A program made the translations under genes and the position numbers. Below, one piece after another: positions 13,975-26,193 of a stretch of DNA of 64,000 nucleotides. The stretch covers positions 94,065,385-94,129,384 of the forward strand of contig NC_068985.1 of assembly GCF_001194135.2 (NCBI RefSeq). Reading direction: 5' to 3'. Below the pieces are notes generated by a model that was not told the origin of the DNA, searched no databases, and worked only from the letters and a program-made list of their open reading frames with translations. Position 1 is the first letter of the stretch. Each line of letters opens with the position of its first letter. Source of the DNA: Octopus bimaculoides. Taxonomy: Eukaryota.

Positions 13975-14400
13975 GTAAAAGGGGACATTTTCCTCCAAAT
14001 ATACAATCTCTTTTGACTCCAGTTATAAAGTGAAACTCAGGAGCCGACCCATTTTCGAGGAAACTTGCGCTTCTCTCTCGTGATTTACAGAAGATATTTT
14101 ATTGTTGACCCACACCATTTGCTTCACTTTAGATAATCGTTTAATAACTTGAAAACTATTTCATGGGAGAGCAAAAGTCTGACGACCATTTCTTTCATGT
14201 CTCCCCTCTCTTAACATTGGCATTAGTCTAAGTCAAAACCATCCGTTCATCCTTTCTAAAGAGAGGCAACGGCGAGGTTTCCATATAAACCTTAATTGAC
14301 AATGATAACTTATCACAGATTGATTACTTATTTCCGACCGATTCCTCTCTCGTACTGTAGTTGCAGTGGTGCCCTCTGGTGTAACACTGAAATACAAATG
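13975..14400 (-). mobile_element. Decayed RTE-like reverse transcriptase remnant
   Basis: Minus-strand translation includes SASFLENGSAPEFHFITGVKRDCIFG, resembling G.LS..F...TGV(K/R)QGC.L of RTE RT. Heavily interrupted. Confidence 0.4.
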
Positions 14401-14644
14401 TAAAAGCTATTTAATGCATTTTCTGCGATGCCCTGTTTGTCCCTTAGTCATTGTCACTTGCGTTTAGCAGTAGGCCAACATAGTATCATGTAAAAACTCC
14501 TTAGCCAAACGGAAAATAACTCTAACAGCTTCGTAAGTATCACGGTATCAAGTCTCTTCTCTGGTCAATCCTTAATGCAGGCTTTAGAGCGAGTTGTACT
14601 TGTAAGAATATCTGATATATGATAGTCATCAGCCACAGTTCAAT

Positions 14645-14688
14645 TATGTATGTATGTATGTATGTATGTATGTATGTATGTATGTATG
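14645..14688. repeat. (TATG)n tetranucleotide repeat
   Basis: Direct reading. Confidence 0.95.
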
Positions 14689-15415
14689 AAAAGCTGCTCT
14701 TGGAAAACATCGGCCATGGGATCTTCACCATTTCGAGAATTAATTTTGCAGCAGATGGATAATTAAAGTGGAGAATCATTCTGCGAATATTCTGCGATGA
14801 AGCAGATATCTTCATTATGGCATGGCATTATCTGGACAATAATTACAATCACAGTATCTCACTTAAGTCAAACATGCATTCATCAATTCTGCTCGAAATT
14901 TCAAGTCTATCTTTCATTTATACTAATACTTGACATAGATTCGAAACAACTGATTTTCAATTCTGCTAGAGGCCTGCAATGACCGGTCTTTAAGCCTCTA
15001 AATCAACGAGAACGTTTTACCAATCGGAAATCGTTTAAGCACAACCCGTGATGATGCAAAAGCAGTCAGTCATACTGTTTTCTGTTTACACCTGGAAATC
15101 ATGATATTCCTGACAATTAGCAATCCGTAAATAACAAACTCATATGGCCGCTTGGTTTTGCCTCTGCCAGAGGTGTAATCATAATCATATCAAATCACAC
15201 GTCGCAAAGCTTACTCTCTGTATCAAAGTTTTAAACCCTTCAATATGTGGTCAACGACAGCAATTTAGTGCTGGCTCAACAACTACAACAATTGATAGAA
15301 ATATGTTTTAGAACAGGCTTTCAAGGCTGGAATGTATATTCATAGGTGGGGTTCAAATCGCAGTGATTTCCTCTGATATAATCTCAACATATTGTACGTA
15401 TCTCATATATTTCTT

Positions 15416-15590
15416 TCCACTGTTGGCAGAAGGCCTTGTCGATAACATCGAGCCAAATAGTTAATTGCTACTTAATTTGTAAATACGGAAAAGATGAAAA
15501 GCAAAGTCGACCCTTGCAGCCTACATAAAACTGGAATAAATAGCGCTAAACATATTCCCCGGCGTGCTAATGAATCTGCCAACGAACTGG
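15416..15590 (-). mobile_element. SINE family A, decayed
   Basis: The gatgaaaagcaaagtcgacc and cggcgtgctaatgaatctgccaac blocks match the other minus copies. Confidence 0.7.
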
Positions 15591-18469
15591 GTTTATGTAT
15601 CTCGTATGCTGCTATGCTGTTTTCGGACACTTCTAAAAGTTGCACAAGCAATCAAAACATCACATTCTTTCATACCTACTGCATGTATCAGCACAGAAAT
15701 GATTCAAGAGATTCAGTTGGAGTGTCTATGCACGTTCTATTCAAATGCAATTTTGATTATATTGGTGTATTCTCTATGCATTAATTGACACACGATCCAG
15801 ATATCTGTCGCGGCAAATTACCAGCTATAATAAATGTAAAAGTATGATAATACGAAACGTTAATAACTTTGCATCTAGTTTATTACGCAGGGTCCATTTA
15901 TTCCAACATATAAATAATAATGCTGATGTACACAATATTCCTAAAGGGCTTGGCAGCAAATTTCTGTTGACGCATCCTATATAATTTCAAGTATGTTACA
16001 TAAAATGAAAGAGCAATCAAGTTACTTTCATCACAATAAAATAAGTTATGTAATGAATAGATTACTGGCAACAAGCCATTTTACATTTATATGAATTACT
16101 GCATTAAATACACAATACGTTTCTGTCGAGTGTTAGGCACTCTATAGTATTTCCCTTCATGAACTGATGCTTTTACGTTGACCAGCTCGCCCAAATGCAT
16201 TGATGATAATTTCAATTGCTTAAATTGGCAGTCATATACAAGCAAACATGCCAGGCTCTCCGATTTGAATTAGCTAAATAAAAATACCAGCTACATACGA
16301 ACCGAAATAGGTATTTTCATGTGGCCGTTTGATCTGCTGAAAATAGCAGCGAAATCCTCCCCCCTGTTAAAGTAAAACAGGAAAAGCACGTTCGAAAACA
16401 TAATCCTGGTGTCTATCAACGTACTATCGTACAGATAGGAGGGTTATTTATGACCGCAATGTCTATTAACACTAGACACTTCAGCAGTGCAGACATTGGA
16501 GTGAAATTACGATGTACTAATAGATAAACAGGAAATTATGTAAATATATGTAAATATAGAAATGTTCTGACACATAATAAGAAAACATTTACACATATAC
16601 AAGCTTGTGCTGAGGTGTATACTTATTTGTTTGTCTCATTGGTCAATATGGTCATAAAGATGAAACATTGCCAGCAAGACATAGATTATAAATTGTAACT
16701 TAATTTAAGCATAAAACGGTTGGCTTAAACTCGTTATTTATTACCATTAAGAGCGGTGAACTGCAGAATTGCTGAAAATTCTTTGAATGATTCAATTTCT
16801 GTTCTTTTAAAATAATGTGATCTAATCTTGCAGTCAAGATTAGTATTTATTCTCTTGAGCTCGACAAAGTTGATAGGTTCCTTTATAAAATAGTGTTTTT
16901 GTAATATCGTCTGCAATCGCTGACAGTAAAATATAGGTAGGGAAGAAATAACACGAGAGAGGAAAATGTATCTAGAATAAGGAAGGAGATGTGTAAATAA
17001 AAATTACAGTATACTACAATAAAAAGGGAAATTAGAGAGGTACTCCGATAAAGTAAATATCGCGAACGAAAAAGCAGTAGCTGTGCTGAAAACGGTGGGT
17101 GAGGGAGGAATACAGTATTGTAAAGCGCAATGGATTAGATACATATGCAAGTGACATTCGAACCAACAAGTCAAATATTAAATGAGTTGATATAAAAAGA
17201 TTTTCCATCGAGGAGATACAAAAATATACATATGTGATTCCACAAAACACAGAAATATAGCACCTTAGAATGCTAGAATGCATATATCCGAAATAGATTA
17301 TTCCAGAATAAAATACAGAGATAACCATGATTAGTGTAATGGTCATGAAGCATTTACACTATACGGGATATTCTGGGATTCAGACAGTACAAATGTATTT
17401 CTGTTTGCCCTTTCATCTGACAATTGATGAACGTCGTTGGTTACACGCTTGACACACACAGCAATTCCTGAGTTCGTTTCGCCAAATAATTATACGCACA
17501 CATACGTACACGTGTACAGACACGCGCGTGCACTAAACTCACGTTGATGGATGCAACCATCAAGTCTCACGTGACAGGCTTCATAATTCACACACACACG
17601 TGTATGTATATCTGTATATATGTATATGCTTATGTTAAGCATAACCTGTTCGCCAAGTTTCTTTCAGATGGTATTAGTTAGATAACTGAAGTCTAGATTA
17701 AAATCACCTTGAGTACGAATTCTGTAGTGTAACCGAACCTTAAACCGCGTTGTCACAGTGTGCACTATTTGCAGAAACCCACGCAATCAGGCTAAAATGT
17801 AAACTCGTTCAGTTGACTACACAAGAGGTAATTAATCCTGGAATAAATAAGCTGCTGTTCAGTCATGGTTTTATATGTAGAATAATTGCACTAAACCAAT
17901 CTTAGCCCATTTGTTCGGAAACGCGTTTCAAACAGAACTTAATAGCTGTGGAATTTCACCGATAAATGAGAAGAAATGTTATTAACGTTAATGAAAATCC
18001 TTTCTCAGAAATGCAGCGAAGATAACTCCGATATCTAAATTGATTAAACATTAAGTGTATGGAGTGGGAAGTGTATGTGTCGTTGAACTTTCGCAGATGC
18101 TCTGCGAAGAATTTCAATTACAACACTAATCTACTAGCCAATAAAAGCATATACATCTGTTCGCTGTAAGAAAAACGAAAACGTTCATTAAACTTGTAAA
18201 TACAATTACATTTTCAAAGGGTAGAAGCTTTGATTTAATGTAACGAACTAAAACTTGTTCGTGTGGTTGTATAACTATATTTAATGAAACATTAATATCT
18301 ATTCCATTGTCTGATATTGCTCAAACAGTAACAATTCATTACATTTCATAATTCTATTTTCGAGCATCTAGCCTCTCAAAGAAAGATTGGTACAGATTAG
18401 CCGGGGATAGGGTTAATATTTATCAGCACAATACAGCATAATTATCTGAAAAGCGCACTTATAGCTGCG

Positions 18470-19045
18470 TTGTTAAATATTTCCTTCCAGAAATCACTTT
18501 GTCTAGCTATATTGTGGGATACTTTGGTTAAGAATATTCCAGTGAAGCTTCGGGCTACTCAGTGCTTATTGCATTCCCTATTTGTTCCATATACTTCTCG
18601 AGATTTTCGCTCACTGTTCCCAGGGTTCCGACAATTATTGGTACTGCCGCCACCTTTTCCACCGGCCACAACTGCTTAAATTACCAAGCTAACCACTTAT
18701 ATCTCTGAACTTTTGTTTCTTCCTTATCGCATACCTTGTTGTCAGCTGGGCATGCTATATCTATGATCCAGCATAGTTTATTTTCTTTCTGAATTAAGAC
18801 TATATCCGGTTGCCTATTCTCTATCTCATGGTCGCACTGAATCATAAAATCCCATAGGATCTTTGCATATCTATTTTCGACGATGCCTTCAGGTTTGTGG
18901 TCGTACCAAGTTTTTTTGCTCTGTCAAGTCCATACTTTTTGCAGTGTGTCCAATGGATAAACCTGGCTACATTGTCGTGGTCTCCCTTATATTCCTTCTG
19001 GGCTAGTGGCGTACACTGGCTGGTAATATGCCATACGATTTAACT
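18470..19045 (-). mobile_element. 5'-truncated R4/Dong-like LINE (knuckle C-half, REL endonuclease, 3' end)
   Basis: Minus translation IVWHITSQCTPLAQKEYKGDHDNVARFIHW...WYDHKPEGIVENRYAKILWDFMIQCDHEIENRQPDIVLI...IIDIACPADNKVCDKEETK...VPIIVGTLGTVSENLEKY, containing the PD..D..K nuclease pattern. Confidence 0.92.
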
Positions 19046-19050
19046 GTGTT

Positions 19051-19106
<56 letters not shown>
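19051..19106. repeat. (TAG)n microsatellite abutting the LINE 5' junction
   Basis: Direct reading. Confidence 0.95.
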
Positions 19107-19185
19107 TTTTGTTGTTATTGTTAGTTGCTAATAACGATTCTCTTTAAAACGTAACCGAATGAATATGTTACTATATTTGATATTC

Positions 19186-19186
<1 letters not shown>

Positions 19187-19228
<42 letters not shown>

Positions 19229-19280
19229 TACAGAGAGACAGAGAGAGACAGAGAGACAGAGAGACAGATAGAGAGAGATA
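19187..19280. repeat. (GA)n/(GACA)n compound microsatellite
   Basis: Direct reading. Confidence 0.9.
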
Positions 19281-19902
19281 CTAATATTCAACATCGTGAA
19301 ATTCGAACGAAAGAGATGGCTCCTTGATATCCGGGAATAGCCCCACATGCAAATGACATGAAAAGGCAAATAAGAACTTCGAAAGATGAAAAATACAAAA
19401 CAAAGATAACAAAGATACTTTATTGAACACACAAACAAATGGCAGAAATATTTCAGCAAAAAACATTGTGTAACCGTCAACGTGAATAACAAACACAATT
19501 ACAACATGTTTGCAATGATCTATGATTTACAAGTGTGAAGAACACCAATCAAAAAGGCGTGGAAAAGGAATGAATTTAATCAACGGAATACGAAACTTAC
19601 TGCTGGGTATCAATAATTAGCTGAAAATAATGTTTTCCTGGCATCGGCTCTATTTTATGTGAAAATGCTCAGTGAAATAAATAACGATGGACTGTCTTTT
19701 CTCTCACATCATCGTGTTCTACTTTAGAATTATGGTTTCTAGTTTTTATTCTGATCTACAAAATAGGACAAGAAAGGTGTATTTGATATTAACAAGACCA
19801 TTGTCTGTGTATTTCTGCTGTAGAAGTATAACATGGAGAGCGAGATTAAGCGGCTTTGAAACGCAGGTCGTTGATTGAGAAAATTAAATTTTTCTGCTAT
19901 AT

Positions 19903-20640
19903 CGGCGCAGTCTTGGTTGTGTGGTAAGCAGCTTGTTTCCCAACCACATGGTTTCTACTTCAGTACTTGTGCGTGGCACATTGGGCAACTATCTTCTACC
20001 AGAGACTTGGGCCGACCAAAGCCTTCTGAGTAGACAGAAACTGAGAGAAACCCGTAGTATCTATCTATCTACGAGCGGAAATTTTGTCTATCAGTGTGTA
20101 TTAACAATGGATTCCATTTCAATGACAATAATTTTTGTGAAACGATCGTAAGATGCATTAATTATCAAATTACAAAATTTTAAGCTGTCATGATTCATAT
20201 ATTTATATTTATTTTAAATACAATACTGTTTTAGTCATATATATCTTCGTGAGAATTTTGTTTGTCTAAATACTTTTATAGTATTAATATTTTTTGACAT
20301 CTTATATAAAAGCACTCATTATAAATTCAGTGTATAATATTCTAACAGAATATATTTAATTAATNNNNNNNNNNTAGAGTGTGTGTGTATGTATATAAAT
20401 ATACATATATACTTATGTCATTGTTTCTGTTTTTGACCCCCACAATTGCTTGACAACTGATGTTGGCGTGTTTACGTCAACACAATTTCGCGGTTCGGCA
20501 AAAGAAACAATAGAATAAGTAGTAGGCTTACAAAACAGAACTGCTGGGGTCGATTTCTTCGGTTAAAAACCATTTAAGGCATTGCTCTAGCATGGCCACA
20601 CTCAGATGACTGAAACACCTAAAAGAATGAAAGAATAAAA
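19903..20640 (+). mobile_element. SINE family C, 5' and 3' halves separated by about 280 bp of AT-rich DNA and a 10-N gap
   Basis: The 5' half (19903-20095) and 3' half (20375-20640) are colinear with the 40508 copy. They could be two different copies. Confidence 0.75.
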
Positions 20641-21715
20641 GAACACTACATATTTTAGAGATCTAGAAAAAACAAAAACCAGAGGGAAAGTAAACTTATG
20701 CTGAATTTGAACTTACAACCAAATTGTCGGGAAGAGCGCCACCTGTTACAATGTCTGGCCTACAAACGTGTTTGACAGCGCGCTGCGTTTGGAATGAGAC
20801 GTCATAATTAGCCAATACAATTCTCTTCAGCAATTTATCGTTTCTGCTAAATAAAATTAGAAAAAAAATAATTGGAAGCGACAGTAAAAAAAAATTTATC
20901 AATGCTTGAATCATAATATAAATCAATACGCCACCGATGCGTTTGAAAACCTACGAATAAATTAGCTAAAATATATCTTGAATTAACTCCTGCAAAAATT
21001 GAGAAAATAAGAACGAAGGGCCACATCTATTGTTGCTTCAGAATTTATACTACAATTTTCATACGTCTGAAATCGATAAACCGGTCAGTGACAGTGTGTT
21101 GTAGTGTGGTAGTGATATGTGTACTAAAAGATATTTATCGATACTTTTTGGCAAAGTCAGCCAGCCGTGAACTTTTGGGGTCAAAGTAACTATTCATGCA
21201 CAAGTACATATGATTTTTAAGCTTGACTTATTTAACATTCTATATTGAATATTGAGTTGAAGGTTTTATAGTTCGAAAATAAAACACTCGGGAGATGAAT
21301 TTTGTAAAACAGATTTTGTTTTAATTTGATTGTTTACAGGCCATTAAAAAATATACACGCCGGATATATGAACCGCATATGAATGATTTCCTGTTGTTCT
21401 GTTGCCTGATTAATCAATTTATTTTTAATAGAAATGTATATGCTTATAACATATTTTCTGTCAGGCACTGAGTATTAATCATCTCACATTGCTATTTTGT
21501 TGCTGCCAGGCATCATTAGGATAAATATTTGATCTAAAGAGGAAGCTAAGAGAAAGCCGTTAAATATGGCATATAATATAAAACACCCTCATGTTTGTTC
21601 TCGTACCATCTTACCCACTCCTCTGAACATAGCATTCTGAAATTACTAGTCATGTGTTCTTCGCTTACATTCTTTTAATATGTGTCCTTTGTTTCTCCCA
21701 CGCTATTTCATTCAC

Positions 21716-21724
21716 TATATATAT

Positions 21725-21759
<35 letters not shown>

Positions 21760-22395
21760 NNNNNNNNNNNNNNNNNNNNNNNNNNNNNNNNNNNNNNNNN
21801 NNNNNNNNNNNNNNNNNNNNNNNNNNNNNNNNNNNNNNNNNNNNNNNNNNNNNNNNNNNNNNNNNNNNNNNNNNNNNNNNNNNNNNNNNNNNNNNNNNNN
21901 NNNNNNNNNNNNNNNNNNNNNNNNNNNNNNNNNNNNNNNNNNNNNNNNNNNNNNNNNNNNNNNNNNNNNNNNNNNNNNNNNNNNNNNNNNNNNNNNNNNN
22001 NNNNNNNNNNNNNNNNNNNNNNNNNNNNNNNNNNNNNNNNNNNNNNNNNNNNNNNNNNNNNNNNNNNNNNNNNNNNNNNNNNNNNNNNNNNNNNNNNNNN
22101 NNNNNNNNNNNNNNNNNNNNNNNNNNNNNNNNNNNNNNNNNNNNNNNNNNNNNNNNNNNNNNNNNNNNNNNNNNNNNNNNNNNNNNNNNNNNNNNNNNNN
22201 NNNNNNNNNNNNNNNNNNNNNNNNNNNNNNNNNNNNNNNNNNNNNNNNNNNNNNNNNNNNNNNNNNNNNNNNNNNNNNNNNNNNNNNNNNNNNNNNNNNN
22301 NNNNNNNNNNNNNNNNNNNNNNNNNNNNNNNNNNNNNNNNNNNNNNNNNNNNNNNNNTATATATATATAAACACACACACACAAACACATATATA
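21716..22395. repeat. (CA)n / gap / (TA)n compound microsatellite
   Basis: Direct reading; N run 21760-22357. Confidence 0.95.
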
Positions 22396-23156
22396 CGTAG
22401 TTTAAGCATATGTATGTTTTATGAAACGACAAGCGCACCAAAATTTTCTTCAAATAATTCTTACACTTATAGTCACTGCACTATGTAGATACGCTGTTTC
22501 GAAGGAGAAAGAAATAAGTCGCATTGACATAGATCTCTCCCATCAAAACAGACCAGGAAGGAAAGATTCGAACGCTACTATTATACATACTTAATTATTT
22601 ACACAACATCAATCAAGTGTAATCGCACGTAATCACGCAGACTCACACACATTTACTTGTGTATATTTATTGATCAAACTATTGTGTTTTGATACTGGAA
22701 CAACAATTTAATAGCCCTGGGCCCGCAACTATTTTTACTAAAGCTGACTTCCCGTTTCCAGTAAACACTGCATCGATTACCGACATTGTTGACAACGAAG
22801 TCAACAGTAGACGGACCTTTCTATGGCGACGTGAGATAAATTGCTTTTGATGATTAGCATCTTTGTGTAAATATATACGAACTTACTGCTTGGAATGTTC
22901 ATTACATGTGAATATATATGTATGAGCACGTAGTTGCCTACGAATATACCTTATGTATGTTATATGTGTGTGATTGTACGCGTGTGAGTGCGTGTATCAG
23001 CGTGGCAGATGTATCTCCATCCTCAATATATAATTATGTAGATATGTGCGTATATTTGTTCTGAGTGTTTGTGAATACAATTATACGCGTATATATGTCA
23101 TTCCATGTATTTATTTTGTTTCTGTGTGTGTACGCATGTAATATATGCTACATACA

Positions 23157-23187
<31 letters not shown>

Positions 23188-23698
23188 TTGTGTGTGTTTT
23201 GCAAACAACTTTGCGCATGCAAGTGTTACAAGTCGAAAGCTCTGCATACCGGAAGCCAGTAAGTCTATGGGGTCATCAAGAGACAATACGCGCCGTTTGG
23301 GTGTCTATCTCTTGACAGCATCATTGAACACTGCCCCCAGCCCTGATATGAAGCCCCGCTTGCTTCATCAACTTGTTATAAAATAAAGTTAAAGTATTTT
23401 TCTAGTCATCGTTGAAGGTTTCTGTTTAACAAAATCCAATTGCGAGCTTTTCCCCCTGTAGTAGGGCTATCGATCATGTTGGTATTTACTTTGCGATGAG
23501 TTAGGCCTTACGATAACAACAGTCACCTCACACTTATGTCCAATGAATCCTCTACATCCGACTTCGCGGGGAAAATTCTCCGCTTTTCGCCTCTTCAGAT
23601 TCCTAGAGGAGGTTTACATAACGGTCACTCTTTCGAGCCCGAGCGGCGTCCATGTAATCTTCATGAACACACATATATGCTCATATATACATATATGA

Positions 23699-23739
<41 letters not shown>

Positions 23740-24924
23740 NNNNNNNNNNNNNNNNNNNNNNNNNNNNNNNNNNNNNNNNNNNNNNNNNNNNNNNNNNNNN
23801 NNNNNNNNNNNNNNNNNNNNNNNNNNNNNNNNNNNNNNNNNNNNNNNNNNNNNNNNNNNNNNNNNNNNGTGTGTGTGTGTGTGTGTGCGTGTTTGTGTAT
23901 ATATATATATGTAGATGTATGTATTTGTGTACATATATTTATTTATGAATTGAAGTCAATTCGTATCCGTTGGTGGAGCGAAATTAATATAATATGCACT
24001 TAATTACACGTTCATGATGAGAAATATCTAAGCGCAGCTTTTTACGTAATTCATCCATTGATTAATTTATTCTTTCCTTGGTTCCTTTATTCCTTCCTTC
24101 ATTCCATTTTTTATCCATTTATCGTACTTGTGTTCTGCTCTCGTTCCTCATTACCGCAGTAAACCTTTTAGGGAAATAAAGGGAAAAAAATCTATACCAA
24201 GGAATCAATTTTCCTTCAGATTAATTTGAAACACTGACGTGCTATATGTGTTGCTACTATTATATTCTAGCCAGTCCTTTAAAAGAAATAGCTTTAAATT
24301 GCTATCTCAAAATCTCCTTTATTTCTGGTAGCTGTTTTATTGCTTCTTTCGTTATTGTCATTATTTAGCCCCAAGTAATCTTTCGTTTGAGGAGACCTAT
24401 GGGCTATGCTGTCTATTTCTTCCGATGCATAGTATACTCTCGATTATGTTATCCAACCTGTTCGCCATATTTTAACCCCTTTGTGTGTCAAAATCTTTTT
24501 CACGTGTTTGACTTACATGTTAATGTTTGTTTCGAGTCTTTAGCTTCATACGTTCTGAGTAATACAGCGCTTTTCTTTCATAATTCCCGAGTTACTCTCC
24601 TGGGTTAAAAAAAAGTGCTAATATATATCACAATATATGGTTCTTAGACGTGATACACACGACAGGCGAGGAATCGATATGATGGTATTTGAGGTATATT
24701 TTGCTACGAATTCCAAAAAGCTAGAATGAACACTTAGAAGCTACTTTATTTCATCCGTAAATGTGAAGTGGTGCCTTATTAACTATGTAAAACTGGTTTC
24801 ACAACTAGTTTCATATCGGTTTTTATCTTCAACGATTTTTACATCAGGCACAAAATATTCTATGAGATATCATTTAGAACTCGTTGATTTCTTTTCATTT
24901 AATCGTAGAATTTGCCGAATTTGC

Positions 24925-25215
24925 TTTTATCTTACTTATCTTTGTAAGCCTAGTACTCATTCTATCGGTCGCTTTTGCCGAGCCCCTAAAGTACGAGGAC
25001 GTAAACACATCAACATCGGTTCTCAAGCGATGGTCATAGTATGTATGTATGTATGTATGTTTATATATACGACGGATTTCTTTCAGTTACTATCTACCAA
25101 ATCCACTCACAAGGCTTTGGTCGGCCCGTGACTATAGAAGACGATACTAGCCCAAGGTGTCACGCAGTGGAACTGAACCCAGAATCAAGTGGTTCTCAAG
25201 AAAGCTTCTTAGAAG
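24925..25215 (-). mobile_element. SINE family C
   Basis: gtaaacacatcaacatcggt, a central (TATG) tract and tctaccaaatccactcacaaggctttggtcggccc are the reverse complement of the 40508 copy. Confidence 0.85.
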
Positions 25216-25843
25216 CACATACCACTAAACTTTTCTTCCTCCGAAATAGAGTAACATCTCAAATGAAATATACTCTCAATATCAGTATTGTTATTAATGA
25301 ATTTCTTTAATTCTAACTTTGAACTTATTTGACGAAATCCGAAATGTTATTAAAGTTTAACAGAATCTGGAGTTAGAAGATTTATCTATCAATTATAGCT
25401 TGCTTAATATAAGCACAATACAAGGACACTGACTACCACCAATCATCAGTCCATGACGTATGTATATTTCCTCAATTATCTAAATATGTAAAATGAAATC
25501 TCTTAAGAGGGACTTCTCCAATAAGCACAGTGGACCATTTGTAATATGGTGTTCTGCCTACCATGAAATTCATTTCTTTTATAAATAGTTTTATTGTAAC
25601 TAGCAGGAAGATATTTATGTATATGCATCTAATATTTAGCCTTGTTTCCATGTCAAAGCAGACGTTTAACCCTTTTGCTATTTCAGTCATCGAACTTCAA
25701 CCAAATTGGGGCACCACACTGGAGTGTTTAGTCTAACCGTTCGACTCCATTAGTTATAATTTAAAGCCTGGTACTTATTAGGTTGTTTGGTTATGTCGAA
25801 GGAGAATGTAAATAAACCATGTCATGCCGGTGGTGCAACAAAC

Positions 25844-25878
<35 letters not shown>

Positions 25879-25880
<2 letters not shown>

Positions 25881-26087
25881 GATCGGCCATTATTATGATT
25901 GACCGTTGACTGAACACTATTCAATTTTTTTTCTCCCAATTTTTTTTCTCCGTGTTTTTCTCCTTGTCTCCGTATTCTTTCTGTTGAAGAGCGTAGCTCG
26001 AAACGTCAAAGGCTTTCCGTATTCCCGAGCGTCATACTAATATATCCTTTTGTTATTTACACCACCTGTCCTCGTCTGTTGTTATTA
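25879..26087 (+). mobile_element. Penelope-like terminal-repeat fragment inserted in (TA)n
   Basis: Contains the hammerhead-like gaagagcgtagctcgaaacgtc motif followed by a T-rich 3' segment, as seen in PLE pseudo-LTRs. No RT or GIY-YIG sequence is visible. Confidence 0.6.
25977..26011 (+). ncRNA. Minimal type-I hammerhead ribozyme motif (core variant)
   Basis: Stem I CUUU/AAAG; core CUGUUGA (A6 replaced by U) plus an extra A; stem II GAGC-gua-GCUC; GAA; palindromic A-CG-U stem III; GUC cleavage triplet. Confidence 0.65.
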
Positions 26088-26152
26088 NNNNNNNNNNGGT
26101 TATGTCGAAGGAGAATGTAAATAAACCATGTCATGCCGGTGGTGCAACAAAC

Positions 26153-26193
<41 letters not shown>

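Noticed and set aside
17030-17450. Gypsy integrase zinc-binding remnant
   Set aside because: Only vague H..G patterns across several frames; too decayed to support.
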